IMG/VR virus record: IMGVR_UViG_3300026549_000039
Span: 64,001 to 128,000 of that record
Direction: 5' to 3' (one strand)
Source of the DNA: a virus
Taxonomy: Duplodnaviria > Caudoviricetes
Length of the DNA: 64,000 bases
Position 1 is the stretch's first letter, and the number at the start of each line of letters is the position of its first letter. The translations under genes were made by a program, and so were the position numbers. This document shows, in pieces, positions 7,906 through 18,324 of this stretch. A model generated the notes under the pieces. The model was not told the origin of the DNA, searched no databases, and saw only the letters and a list, made by a program, of their open reading frames with translations.

Positions 7906-10804
7906 GGTCTACAATATCAACCTTAGCGCCTTTGAGACTACCATAATTTGGACCAACTTCCAGGTCGCCCCTCATGTCGATGTAGTACTCCTTACCACCA
8001 AAAAGCTCGGCGCACCACTCATTCATCGAATCCATAGCCTCATAGTAGAAACGGATCAGATGCTCCTCATAGCCCTTTCTAACCTCAAATACTATAGAGT
8101 CATGAACTGTGTTCACCATACGTATTTTATCCCGCAAGCCCTTCTCCTTGACCTGGCCCATAATAAGCAGGATGAGGAAACAGTTGAAGTCAGATGCGAA
8201 CCCCTGTATAGGACTGTTACCAGCCTGGCGCTTCAGGTCTGCAAGATCTGCCTCCTTAGACAGTATAGCTGGTAGCCTGCGCTTCAGACCCCACAAACCG
8301 GTAACAAACCCCTGAGTCTCCACATCCGTACCACGTGCTTCCATCCAGGGCTTCACATTAGCATAGAAGCCAAACCACTTGTCCATAGCATCCTGCGCTT
8401 CAGCTATAGGAACACCGGCGTTGGCTGCTACAGTTGCAGCATTTGCACCATATACCAACGAAAAGTTTATTGTCTTACTAATCTGACGTTTCTGTTTTTC
8501 AACGCGACTTAGATCACCATTATAAAACATATTTGCCGCTGTATAGCTATGAAGGTCTAAGCCTTGATCGTAAGCGTGCTTCAGTTTGGGGTCTTTAGTA
8601 AACGACCCAAGACCACGCAACTCAGCCTGCGACAGGTCGAATTGCATAAACAGGTTTCTGCTATCGCGTGTTACGAACATCGACTTAATAGCCTTTGCTG
8701 TATCACCACGAGGGTAATTCTGCGCGTTGGGCCTAGTACTACTAAGCCTACCTGTTGCAGCTCCGTCCACATTCCACTGGCTGCGTACAGCCCAATCACT
8801 CCACGTCATCTTAACCATACCCTCTAGGTACGTACCATGTATCTTAACCAGCTTCTTGAACTCAGCGACCTTTTGCATCCCCTCTACTAAATGAACGTAC
8901 TTCTGGTCCTTACGACCAAACATATTCTCATTATTAGAAAGGATCTCACATATCTTCTCAAGGTTGTCCGCATTCAAAGACAGCTTACCTGTAGAAGTTT
9001 TTCCCTTACGACCCAGCTTCTTAAGCAGGCCCAGCTTCGCTGCATCGTCCAGGACAGCGGCTATCAAAGCTGCTAAATGATGCGCCGAGTTTGGATTGAA
9101 CACATGCTTCTCCGGGTTGTAGTCCTCAACCAGTGGGAAGGAGCACAGCGTTGTTGTAACAGCTGCCTTCATTTCCTTATCCATCTGCTCTATAGATGCC
9201 ACTATACGCTGGTACAAAGGCTGCCTGAACCAATCCCGTATCTCTGACATCTTTGATTCGTACTCCTTCATAAGACCGCCCATTACTTGCGGGTTGATCT
9301 TGAACCCGTTAATAGAAGCCTGCATAAGCTCCTTATTTAGACGGTGCTTGAAGTCAACGTAATCAATAACCCAGTAAGCTGAAACTTCATCCTCCTGACA
9401 CATCTCAGCAAACTTGTAATAGAGCTTAAGGTTCCAATACAAATCTCCTCTGTGGTACTTAAGCAGCGTATCAGCTGGTATCTTAGAGAAGTCAAGCTGC
9501 CCAGCAGCATTCGTAAACTGGTTTAGCTCCATAGACCAATCAGGAACTCCAAAGTACTTACCAACCAAGAACTTCAATTTGTTGTCTGTTGAGTTCTCAT
9601 CAATCAGCTTGTGCATTACTCTGGTGTCCCTGTGCTCTGGAAGGTCATCTACAGACTCAAACACTCTCTCCTTCCAGCACATCATAAGATCAAACCAAAG
9701 ATTATGACCGCAGACTTTAAACCCATCATCCCTAAGCCTTTTAAATATCTCACCCAAAGACCCAATAGCCTGATCCTTGAACTGGAACGTATAGCTTCCA
9801 ACAGCTCCAATACCAGCCACAATGATGAAGTTTGTCGGGTCTGCTGTGTTGATTGATTTCGTCTCAACGTCAAACGAAACAGTCTTATCCTCATAATCCT
9901 CATACAGCTGGTTGAGAGCGGCCATAAACAGGTCAAGTTCAGGAGGGGTAAGCATCTTATCATAGATAGCAGCATTCAAGTCTGTATCCAAATTGATGGT
10001 GTTCTCATCCCTACCGTCAATAATACTCTCACCAGGCTGGGCATTCTGGAGCTTTGTGTAATAGGCATACACCTTCTCGAAGTCCTGAATAATCTCAGGT
10101 AGCCTATCTGGATTATGAAGACCAGCAGCAGGATGCAGCGTAGGAAGCACATTAAATGTTCTGGCGGCATCCTCGTAACTAAACGTAAGCTCTGTAGGAA
10201 TACCATGTGCTGCTGATATACTCGTGATGGTTGCATTGTCGTCAGCCGCATCATGGATCATCTTATAGGGTACAGCACCCGTAACCACGATGAGACAGTT
10301 ATCAGCAACTAATGTCTTATCACATAGTATCCTAGGCCAGAACTTACCACCACAATTCCTATACCATCCAGCCGTAGGTGTCTTGTTGTCCGTAGGCCAG
10401 CACAGGACGGAATTGCCTAGCATGAGGTCAGGCATTGTATCCTTCCACATCTGTGTCAGCATACTGAACAGCAGCCTTCCAGCATCACCCACATAACCAA
10501 GACCACTTTCGTCTTCTCCTCGACCTGGAGCCTCACCTATCACAATTAAAGACACAGGTTTTACTTCATCAGCGTTTCGTGATACAGGCCTAACAATAGA
10601 TGGAAACACATACTGCTTCCTATGCCCATCCAGCTTGCACTTGTCACAATGGCTCCACAACGCCGGTTCTGTTCGTAGCTCATGCTTAAACAGATCCGAC
10701 AGACTGTACATAGCAATCTTACAACCATCAGCTTCAACTAAATAATCATTGTATTCTGGTTCAAACGGATCCCCAAGAGCTTCATTTGGAAACCAGTCAA
10801 GCAC
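7862..10804 (-). CDS. polA: Family A DNA polymerase with N-terminal family-4 uracil-DNA-glycosylase-like domain and 3'-5' exonuclease
   Basis: UDG: CDKCKL, IGEAPG..ED..G..YVGDAG, NSVLCWP, TLHPAA; Exo: FDVET, GHNLWFD, YHRGD; Pol: TGRLSS, DLSQAELR, KTINFSLVYG, VHDS. Likely GTG start 10804 after GAGGTGG. Confidence 0.92.
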   Translation of the reverse strand: MLDWFPNEALGDPFEPEYNDYLVEADGCKIAMYSLSDLFKHELRTEPALWSHCDKCKLDGHRKQYVFPSIVRPVSRNADEVKPVSLIVIGEAPGRGEDESGLGYVGDAGRLLFSMLTQMWKDTMPDLMLGNSVLCWPTDNKTPTAGWYRNCGGKFWPRILCDKTLVADNCLIVVTGAVPYKMIHDAADDNATITSISAAHGIPTELTFSYEDAARTFNVLPTLHPAAGLHNPDRLPEIIQDFEKVYAYYTKLQNAQPGESIIDGRDENTINLDTDLNAAIYDKMLTPPELDLFMAALNQLYEDYEDKTVSFDVETKSINTADPTNFIIVAGIGAVGSYTFQFKDQAIGSLGEIFKRLRDDGFKVCGHNLWFDLMMCWKERVFESVDDLPEHRDTRVMHKLIDENSTDNKLKFLVGKYFGVPDWSMELNQFTNAAGQLDFSKIPADTLLKYHRGDLYWNLKLYYKFAEMCQEDEVSAYWVIDYVDFKHRLNKELMQASINGFKINPQVMGGLMKEYESKMSEIRDWFRQPLYQRIVASIEQMDKEMKAAVTTTLCSFPLVEDYNPEKHVFNPNSAHHLAALIAAVLDDAAKLGLLKKLGRKGKTSTGKLSLNADNLEKICEILSNNENMFGRKDQKYVHLVEGMQKVAEFKKLVKIHGTYLEGMVKMTWSDWAVRSQWNVDGAATGRLSSTRPNAQNYPRGDTAKAIKSMFVTRDSRNLFMQFDLSQAELRGLGSFTKDPKLKHAYDQGLDLHSYTAANMFYNGDLSRVEKQKRQISKTINFSLVYGANAATVAANAGVPIAEAQDAMDKWFGFYANVKPWMEARGTDVETQGFVTGLWGLKRRLPAILSKEADLADLKRQAGNSPIQGFASDFNCFLILLIMGQVKEKGLRDKIRMVNTVHDSIVFEVRKGYEEHLIRFYYEAMDSMNEWCAELFGGKEYYIDMRGDLEVGPNYGSLKGAKVDIVDHGDYSNYTYTVEDD

Positions 10805-11159
10805 AAATACCCACCTCACTTGCAATACCTGGTATACGCAATGAACCACTAAGACGGTTCAATAATTCAATCGCATTCGCATGAGCTGCTGCTTCCTCAA
10901 GTACAGCCATATGTAGCCGTGGTACATTGTCTAGTTCACTAAGAGCTGCTATATGCTCCGTATGAGCAGCAGCAACTCTAACTAATGCCTCCAGTAGATC
11001 AGGCGCGCTCGAAATTAAAACAGCGTCACCATCAGGATTGTCACCTGAGTACTTGCTTACATCCATAGGAACACCTGATGGTACTCCACAAAACGACCCT
11101 GTTGGGATCAGAACCTTAGTTCCATCACAAACCCATGGACCCGGTGTATAAGTCCACAT
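10797..11159 (-). CDS. Conserved small phage protein (TPGPW...APDLLEAL type)
   Basis: MWTYTPGPW...DAVLISSAPDLLEAL. Confidence 0.6.
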   Translation of the reverse strand: MWTYTPGPWVCDGTKVLIPTGSFCGVPSGVPMDVSKYSGDNPDGDAVLISSAPDLLEALVRVAAAHTEHIAALSELDNVPRLHMAVLEEAAAHANAIELLNRLSGSLRIPGIASEVGICA

Positions 11160-11188
11160 ATATACCAGCCCCTTACCAAAGCATACGC

Positions 11189-11653
11189 CTAAGCTGCATA
11201 CAGTACCTTCAGGCCTAGTTTCCTTATGGCATAAACATCCCAGATACTGCCGATAATACCAGACGGATAAACTCCATGAAGAGTGTCAATGCCAAAACTC
11301 CTATACCCACACTGATCTGTAGGCCACATGATGTAATCCCTGAACTGTGGGCGGTAGCAAAGGCTACGGTCCCTTACGCACAAAGTACGCTTCTTTGTAT
11401 CGACAGCGATTCTCCTTATGCTACCGTAAAAAGGCGGCTCCTTCCCGTCATCATCACGATAATGTGTAGAATCGAACACTTCCAGCCAACTCTGACTATC
11501 ACTAGTTATCCTGTAATCATTGCTGGCTAGACGCTCATATATAACCCTACAGTCTGTCTCGTACAGCTTATTCTGGCTAATATCAACGTAAGCATAGTAT
11601 TTAGTAAAACTAGCATAAACAAGATCACCGTCATAAATCTTCATTTCGCTCAT
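11189..11653 (-). CDS. Hypothetical protein
   Basis: 154-aa ORF with AGGAGG RBS. Confidence 0.55.
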   Translation of the reverse strand: MSEMKIYDGDLVYASFTKYYAYVDISQNKLYETDCRVIYERLASNDYRITSDSQSWLEVFDSTHYRDDDGKEPPFYGSIRRIAVDTKKRTLCVRDRSLCYRPQFRDYIMWPTDQCGYRSFGIDTLHGVYPSGIIGSIWDVYAIRKLGLKVLYAA

Positions 11654-11682
11654 TCAACTCAGCCTCCTAATGTTTAACACCC

Positions 11683-12504
11683 TTAAACGTTACCTAACTC
11701 CATCTGAACATGTAGCCATCTCCTAACCGCCGAAGGCCCATACTTCAGCAAAGACAGCTTATTGTCATAAACAGATTGAGGCTCTACCGAACACATCTTA
11801 AAAATCCAAGACGGATCACTACGCCCCTTCTTACCAGCAAACCCAATAGCATCAGCAACACTATGAGGAAAAAATATTGTTAAGTACAAGAATGCTAAAA
11901 CATTGGGCTGCTTCACATACAATGCCATATTCCTTATCCACCTAGCAAAGTTGCGAGGATTCTCAGGTGCCTGTATAGTGTTTTCAGATGATGCTTCGTA
12001 GTAAAAGTCAGAGATAGCCTCACCTAAAATACAAAATACATCTATGGAATCTTCACCAAGCCAATGACCATCCACAGGAGGGTTGTAACTCAAAGCATTC
12101 CCGTATATAGCCAGCACTACAGGATACAGACTGCTCATCATATGCTTGTGTTTACTGTACTGGGGTTTGAAAACAGGTGGCATAGGCCACATCCCAGCCT
12201 TTGAATGGTTAGTGGCGTACTTCTTCAACAGATGCAACACACGAATGGAATCCCAGTATTCTGGTCTCCTCTCATGGCCCAAGAACTCATAATACAGGGG
12301 AGCCATAAGATAGTATGTACCAGTAGCCCCAGCATTCCTCATAGCATCAGCAAGCATAAAGGAACAGGACAACAGCTCATCAACATTGCCATCTGTTATG
12401 TCTCTACCAAACAGAGGATGGTTTAGGTTACGATGGACATTAGCACACCCCTCAAGTATGTTTAGCCCTAAAGATATATTAGGGTCTACATCAGAGTTCA
12501 TCAT
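11683..12504 (-). CDS. Hypothetical protein
   Basis: 273-aa ORF coupled to the upstream gene. Confidence 0.6.
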   Translation of the reverse strand: MMNSDVDPNISLGLNILEGCANVHRNLNHPLFGRDITDGNVDELLSCSFMLADAMRNAGATGTYYLMAPLYYEFLGHERRPEYWDSIRVLHLLKKYATNHSKAGMWPMPPVFKPQYSKHKHMMSSLYPVVLAIYGNALSYNPPVDGHWLGEDSIDVFCILGEAISDFYYEASSENTIQAPENPRNFARWIRNMALYVKQPNVLAFLYLTIFFPHSVADAIGFAGKKGRSDPSWIFKMCSVEPQSVYDNKLSLLKYGPSAVRRWLHVQMELGNV

Positions 12505-13037
12505 CTGTTAGCCTCCCTGCGTGACTTCTCCTTGTTAGGATCAGTGCTTCCACCCTGCTTCCCACCCGATCTAAGATATGTGATAAGCTGGTTGGCGTCC
12601 CCATAATACATCTTCTGCTTCTTTACATCCTTCCATTTGTTCTTGGCTGCACAGAAGTCAACCCATGGAGAATGCTTATGCTTCAAACGGATTATCCACA
12701 TCAACGAATCTGGATGAAACTTAACACCCTCAGACGTAGGTGTTATACCATTCTTGGCTAATATAGCAGCATTCCTGTCTGCTAAATCAGATGGTGTAGA
12801 GCTAGGTTTATTCTCACTATTCTCACTATCCTCATTACTAAGCCTATCTGGATCCCACCTGCAATGAGACTGACCATCATAGATACCTGCAATCTCATCG
12901 GCATAAGCGCAGGAACCATCACCAGAGCTACTGGGCTTATATCCAATGCACTCACAAGCATCTATTGCACTAAAAGCACCACAAAATGGAACAAGAACCC
13001 GGAACCTAACATGACCAGCCATCAGCTCACCTCTCAA
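12501..13037 (-). CDS. Hypothetical protein (Cys-containing N-terminus)
   Basis: 178-aa ORF overlapping the helicase stop. Confidence 0.5.
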   Translation of the reverse strand: MRGELMAGHVRFRVLVPFCGAFSAIDACECIGYKPSSSGDGSCAYADEIAGIYDGQSHCRWDPDRLSNEDSENSENKPSSTPSDLADRNAAILAKNGITPTSEGVKFHPDSLMWIIRLKHKHSPWVDFCAAKNKWKDVKKQKMYYGDANQLITYLRSGGKQGGSTDPNKEKSRREANR

Positions 13038-15712
13038 TACATAGCATCCTGGCTATTCATCTCACCCTGCTGTAGAGCTTTAGGTGGTGTCTTTGCTACT
13101 GGTGTTGGCTTCTTTGCCTGGTTCACATAAAGCGCATGTGGACGATCAGGCCGCTTGTACATAGGAACCATAACTTTCTCAGCCTTCACCTTGCGCTGTA
13201 GCTTGTTCATCTGCTCAAGCTCAAGTTCTGTAGCTCTCAGAAGATCATTAACTATATCGACACAATCACCATCCCCTTCATTCGGCAGTACACCCAAAGA
13301 CTTGATAGTAGACTTGGAGTAATCCATAGTGCAAGCAAAGTCATAAAACTCCTCACCATAGCGGTTCTTAATAGTGCTGATGACACCAGCTGCAAGCCTG
13401 GGGTGGTCCCTACTACGCAAGAACGATAAACCTAGCACAAGCGAAGCATCCTGCAACACTTCCTTTGAACCATACAAATCATTTCCGCGCATAGGTTTGA
13501 AGTTTGTTGGGTTTGATGTTGTAACCGTGTGTGCCTTCTCACCACCAGCCTGAGCTGCAACCCATATGGTTATACCTAGGCTCTTAGCTACAGCTGACAA
13601 CTCCTTAAGGATCACGCCTGTATATCCCCAGCCTATCTCCTCCCTACCAGTACCTGCATTTGTCTTCATAAGGGCTGCATAGTCAATAATCATGACTGGA
13701 ATATTAACCTTCTCCCTAAAATGCAAGTTCCTAAGATACAGAGCAAGTTGTGCTGGTGACACTTCTCCAGCAGGAAGATCTAAGAAATACACATTATGCC
13801 TGTTCTTAATCTCAGTACGGGCTGCTTCCTTCGCATACTTAACAGCATCACGCTCGTTATCGTCAACAGCTCTAGGGTCAAGGAACACATAGCTAGAAGG
13901 CACAGCTCCACCAGTACAGTTCGACATAACGCGGAACGCTAATGACTCCGCTGGGGTCTCAAGAGTTACATACAGCACATTGTGCTTTTTGCACAATTCT
14001 GCGGCCATTGTGCATAATGTGGATGTGTTGTGGGTGACTATGAAATCGTTCGTCAGGTACAACCCATCAGGATTAGCCACCTGTATGCACATACACTCCT
14101 CTTTCTTATCCAACTTCTCGATAGAGTCGATCCATCGTGTAAGATACCGAGCCTGGCACTGAGGCTTATTACGGTCCAACCGATTTGGTACAGAGCGAAA
14201 CGGAACAATAGTATTAGGCAATGCGAAGTTAATCCTGTAAAAATCTCGGCACGGTACTCTCTGGCCGTCTTTCTTATACCACGTATGCTTAACCCGTATC
14301 GGATGCACCTTTCCTGCAAGGCTACGAATCAAGATTGCTACTGCCTCACACAGGTTTCTGCTCGTTGAACCATAACAATAACCTAGACTATAACCAGAGC
14401 ATTCCCCATCAGAATCCATCAAACCCCGCAGGAGCTCAATTCGATCCTCAACAGAAGCCTTAAGATACATTGTTGGTATGTACTTCTCATAAGAGTGCAA
14501 ACCTAGCATCCCAAGTTCCCTAAGCTGTGCCCTAATACCCTTAACAGAAACATATGCCACTGTTTTCCTCCTATTGTCATAGTACGTTGAGAAAGAGCAG
14601 ATATGCTTCAGATAATCTAATACTGTTGTGTGGGCAGCATTTAAGCACAACCTTCCTTCTGTATCCCCATCGCCCAGCCACAATCCCATAATGTAAGGAT
14701 GAATAGGCAGCGTATGGTTGGAGCAGTAATGAACAGGCTGATAAGATGGAATCTCCCACTGCCGTAGAGGTGAGCATTTACCATGTGGTAAACGTACACC
14801 CAGCTTCATTATTTCAGCTGTAGTAAGAACTTGCCAGGTTTTAGTAACCGAATGGTGTCTCCTGTCCATCGTGCGAGCATTCTGCCCGCGAACTGTCCAT
14901 AGATGATCGGCACCACACAAGGTGGAACTACCGTCATCAAATGTAACTCGATAGATATCCTTCAATCCGTTATCAAAAACTTTAAGAACCTGTGTTGGTT
15001 TTCCATCTACACCAAATACCCAATCACCAGGCCTGAGAGAGCCCCACAACCTGTCCCCATCAGGAGTCGGTACAACAAGGCTTTTAGGCTGCTCTTTCCC
15101 GCTGCCATAAGACCCAACGATTACATTAACTGAACCCACAGGCGTACCAGCCATAAAACCTAAACCTGGTATCGGTATTGGAATCCTAGGCTTCTGCATC
15201 TGGAGCTTACCATCCATCCAGGTTTCAAATACAGAAGCCATGTCGCCTTCCTCTGTATTTGATGCAGCCCTCTCAATGATAGAGAGCTTGGTGTAAACGC
15301 TGTCTATAGCCTTTCGCGCCTTATCATTGTCAACCTTACCGTCTTCATATATCTCAGCCAGCTTACTGCTAACCTGCTTGAACACATTAGCTTTCATAGT
15401 ATCAGCAAACGTATCAAGGATAAATGAAGCCCTTGTCTCCTCTGATCCCGCTACCGCTATACCAAGCTCTAGGTTTTCTGATCCTTTTTCACCGAATACA
15501 GAAACAAAGTCACACTCATCAGGCAGTGCATTGTACTTGGTGTAGTACAAATACAAGGCTCGCCATATACTCTTAGCAGGCTCGGTGGATATCATGTGGT
15601 TTGTCTCAACAAAAGTAGCATAGCGAGCCATTTGAGGTGGATCCACAAACATGTTGCCTATAAACACCAGTTCCTGTGTCTTCAGCTCGACAGTCTGATC
15701 ATTAACAGGCAT
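13034..15712 (-). CDS. dnaB: Replicative SF4 (DnaB-like) helicase interrupted by an intein
   Basis: Walker A GSYGSGK|T reconstituted after intein removal; YVTLE, IIDY, AAQ, KNRYG motifs; likely start MPVNDQ at 15712. Confidence 0.85.
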   Translation of the reverse strand: MPVNDQTVELKTQELVFIGNMFVDPPQMARYATFVETNHMISTEPAKSIWRALYLYYTKYNALPDECDFVSVFGEKGSENLELGIAVAGSEETRASFILDTFADTMKANVFKQVSSKLAEIYEDGKVDNDKARKAIDSVYTKLSIIERAASNTEEGDMASVFETWMDGKLQMQKPRIPIPIPGLGFMAGTPVGSVNVIVGSYGSGKEQPKSLVVPTPDGDRLWGSLRPGDWVFGVDGKPTQVLKVFDNGLKDIYRVTFDDGSSTLCGADHLWTVRGQNARTMDRRHHSVTKTWQVLTTAEIMKLGVRLPHGKCSPLRQWEIPSYQPVHYCSNHTLPIHPYIMGLWLGDGDTEGRLCLNAAHTTVLDYLKHICSFSTYYDNRRKTVAYVSVKGIRAQLRELGMLGLHSYEKYIPTMYLKASVEDRIELLRGLMDSDGECSGYSLGYCYGSTSRNLCEAVAILIRSLAGKVHPIRVKHTWYKKDGQRVPCRDFYRINFALPNTIVPFRSVPNRLDRNKPQCQARYLTRWIDSIEKLDKKEECMCIQVANPDGLYLTNDFIVTHNTSTLCTMAAELCKKHNVLYVTLETPAESLAFRVMSNCTGGAVPSSYVFLDPRAVDDNERDAVKYAKEAARTEIKNRHNVYFLDLPAGEVSPAQLALYLRNLHFREKVNIPVMIIDYAALMKTNAGTGREEIGWGYTGVILKELSAVAKSLGITIWVAAQAGGEKAHTVTTSNPTNFKPMRGNDLYGSKEVLQDASLVLGLSFLRSRDHPRLAAGVISTIKNRYGEEFYDFACTMDYSKSTIKSLGVLPNEGDGDCVDIVNDLLRATELELEQMNKLQRKVKAEKVMVPMYKRPDRPHALYVNQAKKPTPVAKTPPKALQQGEMNSQDAMY
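14027..15094 (-). mobile_element. 356-aa intein with LAGLIDADG homing endonuclease, class 3-type, inserted in helicase Walker A
   Basis: Starts EQPKSLVVPTPDG, block B CGADHLW, LAGLIDADG motifs MGLWLGDG and LRGLMDSDG, block F ECMCIQV, ends VTHN before T. Confidence 0.88.
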
Positions 15713-15716
15713 TCTG

Positions 15717-15947
15717 TCACCTACCACCAACAGTAGACGGTATTGCAAACTTCGCAAGCCTAAAGCAGGAATCAGAAGTCTGATACAAAGGCACAGGTCT
15801 ATTACCATACCTGAGATCATATCCTAGCTTCCTACCGCTTATACGGCACGTGAACACCCTATCTCTTTGATCTCTACCTACAGCCATGGAAGCTACATTT
15901 GCACAGGACTCACAACTACCATTCCTAGGACAGCTTCGCAATGACAA
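15717..15947 (-). CDS. Small Cys-rich protein
   Basis: 76 aa, C-x4-C-x2-C...C...C; in operon. Confidence 0.45.
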   Translation of the reverse strand: MSLRSCPRNGSCESCANVASMAVGRDQRDRVFTCRISGRKLGYDLRYGNRPVPLYQTSDSCFRLAKFAIPSTVGGR

Positions 15948-15962
15948 GCACCCCCTGTCAAA

Positions 15963-16178
15963 TCACTTATCCGTATCACTCAAACCAAGGTAATCCCTAA
16001 CCCTTTCTAAAAGAACACTAACACAATGCTCTGAATCTTCCTTGAGCTTATCATAACTGCATCCGGGAAGATGTAGGTTAGTGGAAAACGTCTCGTCTAC
16101 ACCAGGCTCTTTAAACACATCAACCTTAAAGTCGATTACAAAACTTGCCATGTTCTCCCTACAATCCTCATAGCACAA
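15963..16178 (-). CDS. Hypothetical protein
   Basis: Short ORF; likely start MASFVIDF after GGGAGA. Confidence 0.45.
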   Translation of the reverse strand: MCYEDCRENMASFVIDFKVDVFKEPGVDETFSTNLHLPGCSYDKLKEDSEHCVSVLLERVRDYLGLSDTDK

Positions 16179-16305
16179 AAAGGCTTACCTAATGCCAGCT
16201 AAAAATACCCCCGTAGTGGCCCGTAGGAGGCCAGTACGGACACGAAAAATGGTTGGACATATAATCACACCAACCCACACTCCTGGCACCCCTCTGAGGC
16301 CATTT

Positions 16306-16941
16306 TTATAGGGTAGGGTTCCTGTCTGCTGAATAAACATCCAGTACAGACAGGTACACCAGGCCCAATATTCGTGTTTTGGCATCCGACCACGGATGCG
16401 TAACGACCTCCATAAGCCTATGCTTGTCGCTGTATTCAAACAACTGGACATTTTTACGGTCTACAGTTGGCTCAAACCACATACGGTGAACCAGATCCAT
16501 AATCTCCTCTGTAGATGGCACAATAGGACAGCTGCGGAGTACATTCTGACCGCCGGTCATAAAAAGTATGGCGTGGATTGTTGACATAGCCAAAGCCTTA
16601 TCGATCCTACGTGGAACCCAAGCATACTCTACGTCAAGATTTGCAAACCTTGCCCACTCCTTAGCCTGTGGAGCCAGGCCACACATCAAGTACATACTAG
16701 CAGCCATCCATGCCTGACTAGTACGAATGTCATCAATGGTATCCCTAGACGGTATGCGCAGAGTAGCGTCGCGCATGGCTAGGTACATAGTATCTAAATT
16801 TGCCCTAGCTATATCAGCATCTGGTAGGTCAAATCGAATCCTGTTGCTGCACTCACAATAGCGGTAAAGTGGAGAGCGCTCATCAAGGTTCAGGAACGTT
16901 AAACCATTACCATCTGTGCTGTCGTCACGCATCCGCCCCAC
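16306..16941 (-). CDS. Hypothetical protein
   Basis: 211-aa ORF in leftward operon. Confidence 0.55.
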   Translation of the reverse strand: MGRMRDDSTDGNGLTFLNLDERSPLYRYCECSNRIRFDLPDADIARANLDTMYLAMRDATLRIPSRDTIDDIRTSQAWMAASMYLMCGLAPQAKEWARFANLDVEYAWVPRRIDKALAMSTIHAILFMTGGQNVLRSCPIVPSTEEIMDLVHRMWFEPTVDRKNVQLFEYSDKHRLMEVVTHPWSDAKTRILGLVYLSVLDVYSADRNPTL

Positions 16942-17413
16942 CGCTTACAACACGAATGACAGCCGACTCAGAAGACGCACCCTCGCCAGTAGACTCAGGC
17001 TTCGCATCACCAACATTCATCACAGACTGTGCAACCTTTGTAGCCTGCATGTCAGCCAGGGACACAAACCCAACAGGAAACAGCAAGACCTGGGCCATAA
17101 GCGATGCGCTTGGAATGTCCATAATGACTTCAGAATGCACAACGCACACACTCATGCCGCTGTAGTCAGACATCTCAGGCATAAGGTCTTCCTTCACCTT
17201 CTGGAGAAGGGACGCGCCGTCCTCCACAGATGGAGCAATGATGGCATTCACAGGGGTGTTAAGCATGGACTTCACAGGCTCAAGTGCCAGTCCTCCATTC
17301 TCGCCATGCACAACCCAGCTGCCTTCAAAACCAGGATCGTTGGGCTTGCACGTACTCTTAGTAGCCATAACTGCACATACACGTGTTGCTGCAAACTGAT
17401 TACCTGCGTTCAT
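16925..17413 (-). CDS. Hypothetical protein
   Basis: 162-aa ORF, AGGAGG RBS. Confidence 0.55.
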   Translation of the reverse strand: MNAGNQFAATRVCAVMATKSTCKPNDPGFEGSWVVHGENGGLALEPVKSMLNTPVNAIIAPSVEDGASLLQKVKEDLMPEMSDYSGMSVCVVHSEVIMDIPSASLMAQVLLFPVGFVSLADMQATKVAQSVMNVGDAKPESTGEGASSESAVIRVVSGGADA

Positions 17414-17467
17414 AGAAAATCCCTCCTAAAATTTGTGGGAATTACCCACTACTCCCCAATAGTACCA

Positions 17468-18169
17468 CTAACTGTCACTGGTGTCAACAGCTTGGTAATC
17501 TGGATCACATTCCTTCCAAGCCTCCTCACACTGACACAGGAAGCAGTCAGAGACGCCGACCTGGCTTGGATTGCGTTCCTGGTAATAACACTGGAACCTG
17601 TTACCTTCCTCCGGGGCTTCCCAGTGTGTGCAAGTAGTTCTACCTGATACTGGCTGGTTACAAAGATACGCACCACCAGACTTTTTGCACGCATTACCCT
17701 TCAGCTTTTCCATACGAGCCTGCAATGTTTCTATATCAGCCTGTATATCTGAGCTTGCCTGCTGCTTAACGAGTGCCTCAAGGTCATAATACATACCAGG
17801 AGAAGCGTAGGCTAAAAAATCCTGGTTGTTACCCTGTGGATCTGTGAAGATCACAGTGTAGTAGTTTTTCATAACGGTATCGAAAACCTTCTTCAGGCTC
17901 TTCATCGCATCCGTATCCAGATTGGTGAAGGCGGTTTCGTACAATTCATCCAGGCAACGCGGCCCTGTGTAGGCCACACCATTAGCCTCAGCCTTGCGCA
18001 CCTTCGGTCCGAGCACGTCACCGGCGGCCATTTCTGTAGCGTCCCTGATAGAGAGAAGCAGGTTTCCTTCCACGGAACCAGGAGACAGGTCGGGTATGTC
18101 GCCGCCTGGTTTCCAAGCCCTCCAGGAATACTGTGTCACGTGCTGCGTCCGAACCGTTTGATCCAGCAA
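17468..18169 (-). CDS. Hypothetical protein with Cys-rich C-terminus
   Basis: 233 aa; AAGGAG RBS; multiple C-terminal cysteines. Confidence 0.55.
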   Translation of the reverse strand: MLDQTVRTQHVTQYSWRAWKPGGDIPDLSPGSVEGNLLLSIRDATEMAAGDVLGPKVRKAEANGVAYTGPRCLDELYETAFTNLDTDAMKSLKKVFDTVMKNYYTVIFTDPQGNNQDFLAYASPGMYYDLEALVKQQASSDIQADIETLQARMEKLKGNACKKSGGAYLCNQPVSGRTTCTHWEAPEEGNRFQCYYQERNPSQVGVSDCFLCQCEEAWKECDPDYQAVDTSDS

Positions 18170-18204
18170 TTTTTACACTCCTTTTGCAGCCGCCGCGCCG
18201 CCCT

Positions 18205-18324
18205 TTTTTAAACCAGCAATCTGGTAGCGGCGGCGGGTAAATTTTTAAACCAGCAATCTGGTAGCGGCGGCGGGTAAATTTTTTAAACCAGTCGTAGGTA
18301 ATGCTTGCCAGCCGCTGCCAGATT
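18205..18324. repeat. Two tandem 37-bp repeats plus partial and inverted copies
   Basis: TTTTTAAACCAGCAATCTGGTAGCGGCGGCGGGTAAA at 18205 and 18242, partial at 18280, inverted GCCGCTGCCAGATT at 18311. Confidence 0.85.
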
